Shown: positions 1 to 13,989, counted from the first letter of the stretch. The stretch: DNA of 64,000 bases from Octopus sinensis (GCF_006345805.1 NC_043001.1:134168001-134232000); one strand, 5' to 3'. The notes: generated from the sequence alone by a model not told the origin. Translations and numbers: made by a program.

Positions 1-470
1 TCAATTAGATAGACCCCAGTGTGCAACTGGTACTTAATTTATCGACCCTGAAAGGATGAAAGGCAAAGTTGACCTCAGTGGAATTTGAACTCAGAACATA
101 AAGACAGATGAAATATCTCTAAGCATCTCACCAGGTGTGCTAATGTTTCTGCCAGCTTGCAGCCCTCTAGTGGTGAAGTATTATAACTATAATGCAACAG
201 TTTAGCTTTTGAATCCTGTGACAAAGTGTGAGAATGAATACACCTGTGTGTTGATGTGTATATTTTCAAAGAGCCTTTTAAATGTCAGATCTTTGTTAAC
301 GGTAAGGACTGCCCATCTGCAGTTTTACAATGAAGCCTGCTTCCCAACGATGTGGATTTGGGTTCAGTTCCATTGTCTGGTAGCCATGACAAGCATCATC
401 TTCCATAGCCAACTAAAGCCTCATGAAATGGAATTGATAGATGGAAATTGAACAAAGCCTGTCTCGTATA

Positions 471-1043
471 CAGGGTGGCTCAAAAGTAGGTTTATAGTTA
501 TTCAGCTATCTCTTTAGCATTGATATATTAAAAGTTTAGATCTTAATTATAAAAAAAAAAAAATTAAACCATTATTCAGCAAGATGAATCACCTCTACAT
601 TATGCATTGACAGTAAGAGACTACCTTAACCAAGTCTTTCCACAGCATTGGTTTGGAAGACAGGGCAGCATCGAATGGCCACCACATTCACCTGACCTGA
701 CACCAATAGATTTCTTGGGGGTGGGGGTTTGTAAAGAGCAAGGTTTATAAGAAGAATCCCAAAACAGCAAATGAATTAAAAGATTACATTTCTGACGCAT
801 TCACTGAAATTGATGGAGATCGGAATTTGTGTCGGACTGTGTGTCAGAGTGTTCTGAAGAGGTTTGAAGAATGTTGCAATGTTGAAGGAGGACATTTTGA
901 GCATCTGAGAGATTAAACATTGTCTGTTTCAGATGTGCATAAAAAATATGAATAGAAGATAGAAATTTAAATGTAATAAAATGTTTTAAAAGAAATTTAA
1001 AGTGCCTATGTGATAACTGCAAACCTACTTTTGGGTCACCCTG
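471..1043 (+). mobile_element. Tc1/mariner DD41D (rosa-type) internally deleted element
   Basis: 30-bp TIRs: cagggtggctcaaaagtaggtttatagtta (471-500) and its reverse complement at 1014-1043 (26/30 identical), with TA on the left. 571-916 reads QQDESPLHYALTVRDYLNQVFPQHWFGRQGSIEWPPHSPDLTPIDF, then a frameshift, then GFVKSKVYKKNPKT...GGHFEHLRD*. There are 41 residues between the second and third catalytic Asp. Confidence 0.85.
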
Positions 1044-1359
1044 TGTATGTGTGTGCATATACACAGGGTGGCCCAAAATTAATATACAAATTTTCCCTAC
1101 TTTAAAAACTGCTATTGCTTCAGTAAATTACTCACACTTTAGCACTCTCTATATTGTTGCAGAACACTAATGCAACACTCCTTCACCCAAAATGCTATAT
1201 TTACTGCCATATAATAACTGAAATCTGAAATGAAAAAGACCCCGTAAAGAAACTGTTATACTTTTACTAATGAGCTGCCATGTAAAATCACCCCAAGCCA
1301 TGTTATTGTGATATGTGTTGAGAAGAGCATATCAAACCAATTTTGTGATCCTTCTCCTT

Positions 1360-2120
1360 ATTATTAAGGTGGTGGGCAAAATGCTTAGCAACATTTCATC
1401 CATCTTTACATTGAGTTCAAATTCCACTGAAGTCAGCTTTGCCTTTCATCCTTTTGGGGTCAATAAAACAAGTACTAGTTGAGCACTGAGGCTGATGTAA
1501 TCAACTTATCCCCGTCCCCAAAATTGAAGGCCTTGTGCCAAAATTTGAAACCACTAATATTTTTATCATTAAATGAGTTCAAACTTCACCAAGGTCACCT
1601 TTGCCTTTCATCCTTTCAGAATCAATAAAAAAAAAGTACCAGTCAACTACTGGGGTTGATGCAATTGACTATCCCCTACCACAAAATTTTAGGTCTTGTG
1701 CCAATTATAGAAAAAAATCACCATTATCAAAGCAGCTGTGGTATTTTGCCTGTCACTGCCTTCTGAGTTCAATTTCTGCCAAGGTTGACTTTGTTTTTCA
1801 TCCTTTCAGGGTCAATAAATTAAGTACTGGGGCCAATATAATCAATTAGTACCCTCCCCTAAAATTCCCATCTTGTGCCAAAATTTGAAACCATTATTAA
1901 GGCAGCTGGCTGGTAAAATCATTAGCACATCAGGCAAAATGCTTAGCAGTATTCCATCTGTCTTTACATTCTGAGTTCAAATTCCACCAATTGCTGATTT
2001 TGCCTTTCTTCCCTTTGGAGTCAATAAAATAAGTACCAGTTGAACAATGGGGTCAATGTAATTGACTTATCTCTCCCCTCTCCCCCAATTGCTGGCCATG
2101 TGCCAAAATTTGAAATCACT
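1360..2120 (+). mobile_element. Cluster of about 4 old copies of tRNA-derived SINE family A
   Basis: Repeated core gagttcaaattcc..gaggtcgactttgcctttcatcctttcggggtcgataaa..agtaccag with tail ggccttgtgccaaaatttgaaacc. Another copy lies at 1-180 on the minus strand. Confidence 0.8.
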
Positions 2121-3297
2121 TTTATTATGGTGGTGACCACTACCACAATCTTCTTGGCAATTTTTTTAAACAGTTTTACTCTTCTATTAGAAACTGAAGC
2201 CAACAAGAACAAAGAACAATTTTCTGAAGAACCATGTTCCACAGTGTTGCTATAAAATAATTTGGTTTAAAATTCCAGAACACAGTAAAAAGAATCAAAT
2301 TTAATTCTATAAACATTTCTTCTATAACTGATATTACATCTACAGCACCAGTAAAATCTTATCTTTGTCAAACAACAAAAAACTTCAGGTCACAATATTA
2401 TGCACTTACATATATGCATTCACTCATGTGCACACACACACACACAATCAACACGTATACAGACACCCATCAACATGTATACACATATATACAAATGTCT
2501 ATATACATGCATATATATATACACACATGTACACAGGCATACACACACACATATGTACATGTGCACATGTGCACCAACACAAATGCATAACAAACATTTT
2601 CCCCAGAGGACCAAAGATCTCATAAGTTAAATGGAAGACATTCTTTGAACTTAAAAAAACAACATACTTACACCCAATGGAATTAACTCTACATGATACT
2701 CTGATTTCGCTTGAACATAATCATACGTTACCATTTATTACTGATATTTTAAACAATAGAAAATTACAGAGGGTCAATTATTTCTTCAATGAAAATTTTA
2801 ATAAAATCCAAGAAACACGACACTAGTATATCACCATTTATATTCTTATTAACTCATTTAAAAGTCTATATTATTTTATGAAAAATATCAAGGATTTGAA
2901 ATATATAAAAATTCTTAATATCTATTTTTCGCCATATTGGAATCATATGTCAGGAACTGGATTAATATCAACCAAGCACTTTGATGTGGCAAACTGGCAG
3001 TTATGTTTCCTTATGTGCCAATAAATTTAGTGAAATGTAATCTTCTGGTTATTAACTGAATAAATCTGAAGTATCAAAACCTGTAATTTAATAACGAGAA
3101 AAGAGGCTCTCTACCAGGTCATTGGGTCTAGTGTTAAATCTAATAAGAAAGAGTATATTTCCAGTGGAACATGACCTTGCCTGTTACTGTCAAACAGTTT
3201 AAAAAAACAAGACACAGTCCACAGATTACTAAGTTGTACCAACTGACTTATTTGTTGGTAAAGATCTGAGGAGATCTAACTAAGGATTTCAATGCAT

Positions 3298-3484
3298 TAC
3301 TCTTTTACTTGTTTCAGTCATATGAGCACCACCTTTAGTACTTATTCTATCGGTCTCTTTTTGCTGAACCACTACTAAGTGATGGGGACGTAAACACACC
3401 AACATCGGTCGTCAAGCAATGATGGAAAGAACAAACACAGACACAAACAACAAGCACATACATTCATATATATACATATATATG

Positions 3485-3527
<43 letters not shown>

Positions 3528-3793
3528 CAAGAGAGAGAGAGAGAGAAATATATATACGTATGTATGTGTTTGTCCCTCCCACCATTGCTTGATAATGGTA
3601 GGAGGGACAATATATACAATATATATATATGACGAGCTTCTTTCAGTTTCCATCTATCAAATCCACTCACAAGGCTTTGGTCAGCCTGAGGCTATAGTAC
3701 AAGACACTTGTCCAAGGTGCCACGCAGTGGGTCTAAACCCAGAACCATGTGGTTGGGAAGCAAGCTTCTTACCACACAGCCACTCCTGTGCCT
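3298..3793 (-). mobile_element. SINE family B (tRNA head, CORE-like and Deu/Nin-like blocks, internal TA/CA microsatellite)
   Basis: Minus strand reads ggagtggctgtgtggtaag (A box), ggttc (B box), ggcaccttgggcaagtgtctt, caaagccttgtgagtggatttggtagacggaaactgaaagaagc, and ends actgaaacaagtaaaagag. Confidence 0.8.
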
Positions 3794-5173
3794 ATGCTTT
3801 AAAAACAGCCAATTAATATTGATTTCAAATTTCGGAGGAAGGCATAAGTCAATTACATCAACATCAGTGTTTAATTGGTACTTATCAATTCTGAAAGGTT
3901 GACAGGCAAAGTTGACCCCAGCAGCACTTGAACTCAGAATATAAAGTCACAAGAAATGCCACTAAGCATTTATTTTTTTTCCAACACAGTAATGATTCTG
4001 CCAGCTCACCACTTTACAGACAATTAATATTGATAAACAATTCACATAAAACTCAGATTCAAACATGAACTGAAATTCCTGAAACTAAACTAATACTTAT
4101 ATTATTGGTCTCCATTTTGAAGAATTCTCCAACCTAGAAATATGAAATTCAACTTAACATGCAGATAGTTACATCATATCACACTGCAAGTATCCAAGTT
4201 ATACAACAGCATGTTGTCTTGGCTTCTAAAATGCTTATTTGGTCCAATCTGATTTTGTCCAGCAAATGTATGTAGACCAACTGTTCACCAGTTAAATGAT
4301 ACCCATCTGTTCAAAAATTAATATATCAGACCCCAAAAATTAATATTAGTTAAATCCTTTAAAATGTTTTAGCCTGAAGGCCACGGCCATGCTGGGGCAC
4401 CACCGCTGATAAAAATTTTTTTATAAAAATTTTTTTTATAAAAGTTTTTTTATAAAAAATAGTTGATTTTTATCTTTACTTACATGATTATACTACTCAG
4501 TAGAAATCTTTGACAGAAGTTTCAAAAGTATGTATGTGTCATCCTCATCATCAACATTTAATGTCCATTTTCTATGCTGGCATGGGTTGGACAGCTTGAC
4601 AGGAACTGGCAAAGCCAGGGGTCACACCAAGTTCCATGGTCTGTTTTGGCCTGGTTTCTACAGCTGGATGCCCTTCCTAATGCCAACCACTTTACAGAAT
4701 GTAGTGGCATTAACATGGCACCATCACCAGTGCCTTTTGTACAGACATGACTGCATGGTTAAGAAGCTTATTTCCCAACCACATTGTCCTGGGTTCAGTG
4801 CCACTGCATGGCACTTTGGGCAAGTGTCTTCTACTACAGCCCCAGGCTGAGCAAAGCCTTGCCGGTGGATTTAGTAGATGGAAACTGAAAAAACACATCA
4901 TATATATGTGGGATGGGGGTACATATATGTATGTGCACATGTGTGTCCTCACATGGCATGATTTTCATAAATGAAAACATGTCCAACCATGTGGAAATAT
5001 TACCTTATTTTAAGAAGAGCATCCAACTGTAGAAAATCTACCTCAATAACTTCTGTCTGATCTATGTGAGCATGGAAAAGCAAACTTTAAAATGATGATG
5101 GTGATGCCAAAAGATTCCTGCTTGGAATGAAACTACTAGGAACTGTGAGACATTGAACTTTATGATAGTTACA

Positions 5174-5212
<39 letters not shown>

Positions 5213-6939
5213 AATATAGGTGCAGGCGTGACTGTGTTGTAAGAAACTAGCTTCCCAACTACATGGTTCCAGGTTTGGCCCCAATGCATGGTACCTTGGG
5301 CAAGTCTCTTCTACTATAGCCTCAGGCTGACCAAAGGTTTGTGCATAGATTTGGTATATATATATATAATGTTATAGGCATTGTCAACAACTTTCATGCA
5401 AAATAATTACTTCACAGTATTGTGACACTTTAACTTTCATACTAAAGAAGGATGGTTGCTGTTTCATAGTAAAGCAACCAGCAACAATACCATTTTGCTG
5501 AATATGCTGTTGACAAGAAAAGAAAAACTGCTTAGCAAATTGTTTTCTGTATACTGAACAAAAAGTCAGAGAGAGATGAGAAGTCCTAGAAAGAGAGAGA
5601 GAGAGTGAAGTAGAAAGAACAAACTATAGGTATTTAAGTTAATTTAGTCAATATAATTGCTTGTAAATGTCACAGTTGGTTTAGCGTGTTGTAATGTGTA
5701 AGAATGAAGGTTGCCCTATGGAGTTTTGAGTTGATTTATGGCAAAGAGAAGAACTATTGCAGTTTCAAAGTAAATTGAACAGTGGATATTTATACATGCA
5801 TACATACATATAGCATCATCATCATTTAACGTCCATTTACTTGTTAACATAGGTTGGACAGTTTGACCAGAGCTGGTGAAGGCCAGGGGCTGCACCAGGG
5901 TCCATTGTCTGTTCAGGCATGGTTTCTATGACTGGATACCCTTCCTAATGCCAACTACTTTACAGTATGTGCCGGGTGCTTTTTATGTGGCACTAGCACC
6001 AGTGCTTTTAACAGAGCACCAGCCTCACTGCTTTTAACATGGCACTAGCACTGGTATTAGCCACATGATTTTTTTTTAATGTCCCCTTTTCCCTGCATGC
6101 ATGGGCAAGACAGAATTCGTTCAGACAGATTTTCTACAACCAGATGTCCTTCCTGTCACCAACACCCCACTTGTTTCCAAGTAAGGTAAATATTTTCCCA
6201 TACCTGGACGTATTTACATAGAAGACTGAAAACAAAGGATACTGCCCAGATGAGGATGTCACTTGCTTACCACAATCATGTGATGTCAAGACAAAGAGAC
6301 ACTGACACACACACACACATACCTTGAGCCAGTGTCTACTACTAAAGCCTCAGACTAATCAAAACCTTGTAAATAGATTTGGTAGACAGAAATTGAAAGA
6401 AGCCCCAATTGTGTGTGTGTGTGTGTCTCTTAACAACCAATGTTGATGTGTTCACATCCCTGTAATTTGGTGGTTCAGCAAAAAGTGACCAATCAAGTAA
6501 GAACTAATTTTGAAAATAAGTATTGGTATTGATTTGATCAACTAAACTTGTCATGGTGATGCTATAGCATTGCTGCAGTCTAATGGCTGAAATAAGTAAA
6601 AGAAGGAATAATTATTTCTAATTTAGATACAAGGTCAGTAATACTGAGGGGAGGGGTTTAACTAATACCATCAACTCCAGTACTTGACTGGTACTTTATT
6701 TAGTTAAACCTGGAAGGATAAAAGGCAAATTTGACTTCAGTGGGATTTGAACTCAAAATGTAAAGTGCCAGAAGAAATATTGTAAGGCATTTTTACCAGT
6801 GCTCTGTTGATTCTGCCAGTACAGAAAAGAATAAATAGCATTTGATTTTGTCTGTTGTGTCTCTAGAAGTAGTTCCCAGTAAGTTAACATGACAATAAAA
6901 CAGAGAGTCATAATCTACCAATTTTTTATAATAATAATA

Positions 6940-6975
<36 letters not shown>

Positions 6976-8273
6976 CAACCTTTAAAATTCTCCAGCCAAA
7001 ACAGAGTAATAAAGAAAACATGCATATGAGTATATTTATAAACAATTTGCTGAATGTTTGACATAAATAAGCATTTTTATTCTTAGTATAATTCATTTTG
7101 TTATTGTTTATCAAGAAATCTCTTAAATGTAAAAATAAACATATTAACATCATCACCACCCACTGAGGAAACTTCTCCCCCCAAGTTTTAAGAGATGATG
7201 GCAATAAAATCACAAAACAAAAGGAAGCCAAAAAAAAAAAATGAAGGAGAAGCCACATAATAAAAATAAAAGTTTAGCACTTGACTATTAAATGCTGTTT
7301 ATTATAACTTATGAAGAACTTTATGGCAGAGTATGGGGCAAGGTAATAAGGTAATAATAAAGCTGTAATTGTTGTGAAACCAATGTTAAAAAACAAATGA
7401 ATTTCCACAACCTCAAAAGGTCCATTAAAATCATTAATTGCTCGTTTTCTATGATGACCAGAAAAATTTGGATGTTAAATCTCTGTCTTCAAAACATACT
7501 AATCTGCTGCAAGTAATATAGATCCCCAGAGAATCTGGTACCTATTTCCAATAGCTCCAAAGGCCACTAGCTTAAACAGTAAAGTTTCCATTCTAGAATG
7601 GAAAGGAAATGCTCACAATAGATTTGAACTCAAGATTTTCAAGTTGTTAGCTTGGCACATCATCCAGTCATCTATTTTCCTTTAGAAACTCATGTTAGAT
7701 TACCATTTTTATAACTTTTGGTTGTTTCAGTCAGAGGACTGTGGCCATATTGGGGTACTACCTCGAAGGGTTTAATTGAACAAATCAACCCTAGTACATA
7801 TTTTCTAAGTATGGTACTTATTCTATCAATTTCTTTTGCCAAACTAAGTTATGAGGACATAACAAACCAACACTGGTTCTCAAGTGGTAGTGGTAGCAAA
7901 CAAACAAAAAGACACACACACATATATATACACATACACACGTATGATGGGATTCCATACAGTTTCTGTATACTAACCCAAGGCTATAATAGAAACTGCT
8001 TGCCCAAGTGAGAATGAACCCAAAACCACATGGTTACAAAGTGAGCTTAAGATTTCTTACACAAGCAACAATCAAAAAGTATAGAAATGGGGAAATGACA
8101 CTGTGACATTCATACTTTTTGCTTGAACATTAAGGATGTCAAGCAGGTGATATAGCCACTACTGAGGATTGAAACAGAATTACAGTCTCTTACTCACCAG
8201 AAGCTAACTTTTAACATTTATAGAGCAGGTGTAAGCTCAAATATGCAGACTAATAACCATTCCTGCTTAATAT

Positions 8274-8424
8274 AAGTGCAGCTGTGGCTGTGTAGTAAGA
8301 CTTTTGCTTACCAACCACATGGTTCTGCATTCAGTCTCACTGCATTGCACTCTGTGGAAGTGTCTTCTACAGCCCCAGGTCAACCAAAGCCTTGTGAGTG
8401 AATCTGGCAGGCAGAAACTGAAAG

Positions 8425-8465
<41 letters not shown>

Positions 8466-8680
8466 TGTCCCTCTCTCTCTTTGTCTTGACACTGAGTGAT
8501 GGTTGTAGAATGATTGACAGTCATACAAGAAATGTCATTCATTTCCAATATTCTGCAAGAACATGTCTGGCCATGGGGAAATATTGCCTTGCTTGAAAAC
8601 AGGTGATGGTTGGGAGCAGGAAGGGCATCTGACCATGGAAAACGAGGATGGCCTAGTGCTAAACAACAACAATAGCAGCA
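8274..8680 (+). mobile_element. SINE family B variant with RTE-like 3' tail
   Basis: Same head and central blocks as family B, then (GT)n, then ggttgggagcaggaagggcatc... Related copies at about 4745-5105 (+), 6110-6400 (-), 11300-11700 (-) and 52300-52770 (-). Confidence 0.65.
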
Positions 8681-9229
8681 ACAATCAATACATGACTGCA
8701 AGTAGAGCAGTGGAATATGACTTGACAGTGCATCCAGTTTAACATTTCACTGTTCTGTGTTCAATCCTTGCAAGGATTGAGAATATCTTTTATTCCCATT
8801 GAGGAATAACAAAGTTAGATATCAGTAATATATTTCAGATTTCAAGTTAGATATCAGTAATGTTTTTCAGATTTCAAAGTCAATAAAAAGACATACCAGT
8901 CATACAGTCAGGTTAATTTAATCAACAAATGTATAATTTTGTGGCTTTGTTTTTAAAAAATCAGTAATATAATTGAATCAATATAATTAACCTTATATTC
9001 ACCTCCTAACAATTATTGATGTTGAGCCAAGATAATAGTAAATTATTTTGGCAATATTTCTAGCAAATAAATTTAGCCAAAATACACTAAGCTATTATTA
9101 TCACTTCGGGATGAAACCTTCTTCATAACAATAACTGGCTGATAGCAAAGAGCAAACAAAGAGTTTGGGACCCACTAACTGTGATATCTAACAATAATCA
9201 GATGATAACATTAATCATATAAACAACAT

Positions 9230-9835
9230 CACCATCATCATCATTATTTAACATCCACTTTCCATGCTGGCAGGGTTGGACTGAGGACTGGCAAACCAGG
9301 AGGTTGCACCAGGCTCCAATCTGATCTGGCAAGGTTTCTACAGCTGGATGCCCTTCCTAATGCCAACCACTTTGAGAGTGTAGTGGGTGCTTTTTATGTG
9401 CCACCAGTATGGGGGCCAGTCAGGTGGTACTGGCATCAACCACGCTTGAATGGTGCTTTTTATGTGCCTCCAGCACAGGAGCCAGTCAGGCAGCACTGGC
9501 AACGGCCACACACAAATAGTGCTTTTTTATGTGCCACCAGCAAGGGACCAGTCAGGCAGCACTGGCATTGACCATGCTCGTATGGTGCTTTTTACATGCC
9601 ACCAGCATGGGTGCCAGTCAGGCAGTACTGGCATCAGCCACAACAATGATTTCACTTGACTCAACAGGTCTTCTCAAGCAGAGTATATTACCCAATGATC
9701 GAAGGGTACTCTTAAATGGGCTGGTTATGCTGCACTGGCATAGACCACAGTTATGGTCTTACTTGGCTTGCTGGGTCTTCTCAAGCACAGCATATTTCCA
9801 AAGGACTTGGTCGCTTGTCATTGCCTCCATTGCAT
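9230..9835 (-). mobile_element. RTE LINE 3' fragment (3'UTR with internal subrepeats, (GAT)n tail)
   Basis: catcatcat..tttaacatccactttccatgctggc..tttctacagctggatgcccttcctaatgccaaccac, followed by several ggtgctttttatgtgccacc subrepeats. The same tail lies directly downstream of RT-coding sequence at 14.1-15.3 kb. Confidence 0.8.
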
Positions 9836-11757
9836 ATAGAACATAGAGTAAACAACATGATATTGAAAGTTTACATATGAAATAATGTTTTAATAACAAT
9901 AAATACTCCATCAATTTACATGAAGTCTTTTTTAAAAAAGCCAAGAAAAAGAATAAAAACAAAAATAAGTAACTAAGACACAAAGGTTTTTCTTTTTTAT
10001 GAATGGAAATCAGAGTGAGAAATGGGTCATAATGTAAGAATTTCTACAGGATTGATCATATTGCTATGGCAACAGTGAGAATTGTGTCAGAGCTTATATA
10101 ATTGTAAAACACTGAAAAATATTTATTTCTTTCTCAACTTTATAAATAATTCTACCTTTTCTTGCTTACATTTCTTCATAGTGTCCCCCAATAGACTGAT
10201 GTATAAACAATACTGTAACAGTGTTGTGATACCAACATACAAAACAGTAGGTGACTTGGTGGCACCAATGAACACCGGAGCAGGTGATTCAGCATTGGTC
10301 CTTCTAACTGACTAAAATATATCTTTTTAAAGATAGTGGGGTAGTAATTTGAGGAAGGTTTGACTGCTATTTCTATGAGTGCATCCACAAAGATGTCCTT
10401 GCTGACTCATGTCCAGCAGCTTTATAAAAAAATGAAAAAGAGAACATTATTATATTTCTAAAGTCTATAATGGACGCAGATTGTGTGTCAAATAGCTAGC
10501 TTGAGGCGGTGGCCTCTTGGAGCTAATCATCGACAGCTTTAGTCTTATATTTATAAGATTGCCATATTAGTATGGCGATAACAATTAATTTCTAAATAAT
10601 GTTATCAACAAACTACTTCGATATCACAAGTCTGCTGAAATAGGTCTGATTGGGGATATGTAACAAAACAACGATTTAGCAGTTCACCTTATGATTAACA
10701 TTATCATAATGTGGGAAAAAAAAACTAACTAACCTAGATTTATTAAAAGCTTTGTGTTAAATGATGTAAATAGATTCATTATGTTGTCTGACATTGGAAC
10801 TTATTAAAATTGTGCTTTTATTTACTTACGCTTGGGGGGGGTATTCAAATTAGTTAGTTTTGTTAATTTTGTGAGAATATATTTCAAGATGAATATGTTA
10901 TCCATTTTGTTTCATAAGAGTCAGAAATAGGTGTCTCTGTCTTTGTCCAGTAACAGAATGGATATTGACAGTTTCGAAGAATACAGCAGATACTGAATAA
11001 AAAAAAAATAACCAATACCAGAAGAACATGCAAACACTGCAAAAGTGGATCTACTTACACACAGACATACACAAGGACTAACAAATGGAAGAAAGGGTGC
11101 TCAATACGGGAAGTAGAGTGTAAAATTTATTCATGGCCAACAGGAATCAAGAATCTATATATCAGTACCTAAGATTCTAAAAGACAGAAATTATGCTACA
11201 GTCATTTGGTTTGATTCTGATATCATTTTGTTTTGTCTTGTGAAACTTAAGATACCAATATAGGTTCTGATTCTAGCTGATCATAGATCATTATCATCAT
11301 CATTACCATCATTGTATGACATCTACTTTTCCATGCTTGTGTAGATTAAACAGAATTTGTTGAAGCAAATTTTCTACAGCCAGAACCCTTCCTGTTACCA
11401 ACTCTCACTTGTTTCCAAGCAAGGTAATATTTTCCCCCGTTGGTTGAACATGCTTTCATGGAAACAAAGAACACGGCTTGTATGATGGCCACCCTCATCT
11501 ACAATTATCACATGACGCGAAGACAAGGAGACACATACATACATACACCCACACACACACACACACAACAGGCTTCTTTCAGTTTCACAAGGTTTTGGTC
11601 AACTTGAAATCATAGTGGAAGAAGCTTGCCCAAAGTGCCACACAGTGTGACTAAACTCAAAACCATAAGCAAACTTTCCACCCATACAGCCATGCTATGA
11701 CATTATAAAATATATCTATAATTATATCTATCTATCTGACAGTGTGTTATCATCATT

Positions 11758-12000
11758 CATCATCATCATCATCGTTTAACATCCGTTTTCCGCGCTAGCA
11801 CGGGTTGGACGGTTTGACCGGGGTCTGGGAAGCCAGGGGCTGCACCAGGCTCCAGTCTGATCTGGCAGAGTTTCTACAGCTGGATGCCCTTCCTAACGCC
11901 AACCACTCCACGAGTGTAGTGGGTGCTTTTTACGTGCCACCTGCACAGGTGCCAGGGGGGTCCGGCATCAGCCACGATCGATTGGAGCTTTTAACGTGCC
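11758..12000 (-). mobile_element. Young 5'-truncated RTE tail copy
   Basis: CpG-rich, and nearly identical to copies at 15415-15740, 40163-40450, 43086-43400 and 48875-49218 (all -) and 17290-17620, 50763-51200 and 52815-52990 (all +). Confidence 0.8.
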
Positions 12001-13086
12001 CCATATATATATACATACACCCGCATGCATACACCTATATATATAGTGTTAGACACATACTAATACTGTATGTATCTGACACTATACAGTGTATATAATT
12101 GATATTTAGTATTATGATGTATTTATTATATAATCTCAAGATCAGTTTGAGATATAATGCTAAGATGAGTCTAAGATATGTAACATATATTTGACATATA
12201 CAGTTAAGATATATTTGACAATGATATAAAACCCAATAATTAGTCTGAGATAGAGTGTTAAAATATAACTGAGTTGTAGTTTTAAGATGTATCTTACATA
12301 TAACTCTTAAGATATATCTAACATTTAGTGTTAAGAAATGAATGGGCCAAAGATTTAGACATATCACAGTTACTATAAGCAATATCTGACTAACAAAATC
12401 TCAAAACATATCTTCCTTTTCATTACAGGGCATTATACAGGACATAGGAAGTGATTTTATAACAAGCTACACTTACACATATATACGTATATACAGAATT
12501 TAGACAAAATTAGAGAGTTTTAAGATTCACCAAGCTAATTAGGAATTTAATACAGAAAGTACCATCCATTTTTATGCTTCTATATCCTTCTGTTTGTTAC
12601 AAGTTATGTTCATTTGTTTTGAGGTAATGGGTTTAATTAAGCATAAAGTCAAGTCAAGGATAGAAAAAGGAAGAAAATAGAGACACACAAAAAAATTAAG
12701 TTTAGATATATTAATGTGAAAATATGCTTATCTTGGATAATGTCTTACACACACACACACACACACACACATGCAGAGAAAGAGAGAAAGAATAAATGTA
12801 GTATTACAATTGTTTAATGTGCCACAGCAGCTGTGACACTGAGTATGACACATATGGCACAGTATTTTTTTTTGTATTTTTTTTTTTAAGTTTCAGCTCA
12901 GAGCTGCGGCCATGCTGATGCACCGCTGTGTGTAAAGTTAATTACACAGTAGCAGTCTATAATCTCTAAATTATATATCTAAATATCCCCCTTCTCTCCC
13001 CATCTTCTCATTTTCTTGCTCTGTTACCGCTCCCCCCACACATATACATATGCACGTAGTTTATTTCTAGCTAATTTTCTACTCAC

Positions 13087-13129
<43 letters not shown>

Positions 13130-13591
13130 AGGAGAAGATTAAAAGATACATAAATTAACAAAATCCAAAGTTAAGGGCCTGAGTGCCAAGCAAGAAGGTT
13201 GTTGGTTGTAACAAATAAAACCAAGTGCTTCACTTGACTTCTGTCACCTAACACAAGGTTGTACTTTGAAGAACTGACTTCCTCTTCCTAGACAGAGCTG
13301 CTAGCCTTCAACACACACCTATTATACACGTGTGTGTGTGTGTGTATGTGTGTGTGTGTGTAAACAAGTCTTCTTTTATTCATAGATGTTTAAGTAGATG
13401 TTTTATACATAGATGTTTAAGTAGATACATAAACTCACATTATTAACAAAAATCTGGGTCTTATATAAAATAACCTAAAACTTTAGTAACATTAACCTCT
13501 CCACAATGAAACACCATCATCATTGTTTATATTATGGTCATATCAGTATCCTAATTTCATGTAGTATTTATCATCATATATATATATATAA

Positions 13592-13924
13592 AGGGTAAAG
13601 ACTCCCTTCGGTCATGAATGACCATGGGATTGCACCTAGAAAGTTACCCTCCTAGACACAAGTCCGGGCACGGTTGTTTATGGAAGACCAGCAGTCGCCC
13701 ATGCATACCAGCCTCCCCTCTCCATGCCACCAGTGTTATCCAAGGGAAAGACAAAGTCGATACAGCTTGCACCAGTGACGTCGCAACTCATTTCTACAGC
13801 TGAGTGAACTGGAGCAACGTGAAATAAAGTGCTTTGCTCAAGAACACAACACCCAGCCCGGTCCGGGATTCGAGCTCACAACCTCACGATCGTAAGCTCG
13901 ATGCTCTAACCACTGAGCCATGCG

Positions 13925-13927
<3 letters not shown>
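13592..13927 (-). mobile_element. tRNA-derived SINE family D
   Basis: Minus strand reads ggcgcatggctcagtggttagagc (A box), ctcgaatcccggacc (B box), tgtgttcttgagcaaagcactttatttcacgttgctccagttcactcagctgtagaaatgagttgcgacgtcactgg. Same family at 36039-36363 and 36410-36748. Confidence 0.85.

Positions 13928-13989
<62 letters not shown>

Noticed and set aside
10150-10330. Minus-strand open frame RRTNAESPAPVFIGATKS as a BicC exon
   Set aside because: No similarity to the conserved BicC sequence expected next, and weak splice signals.
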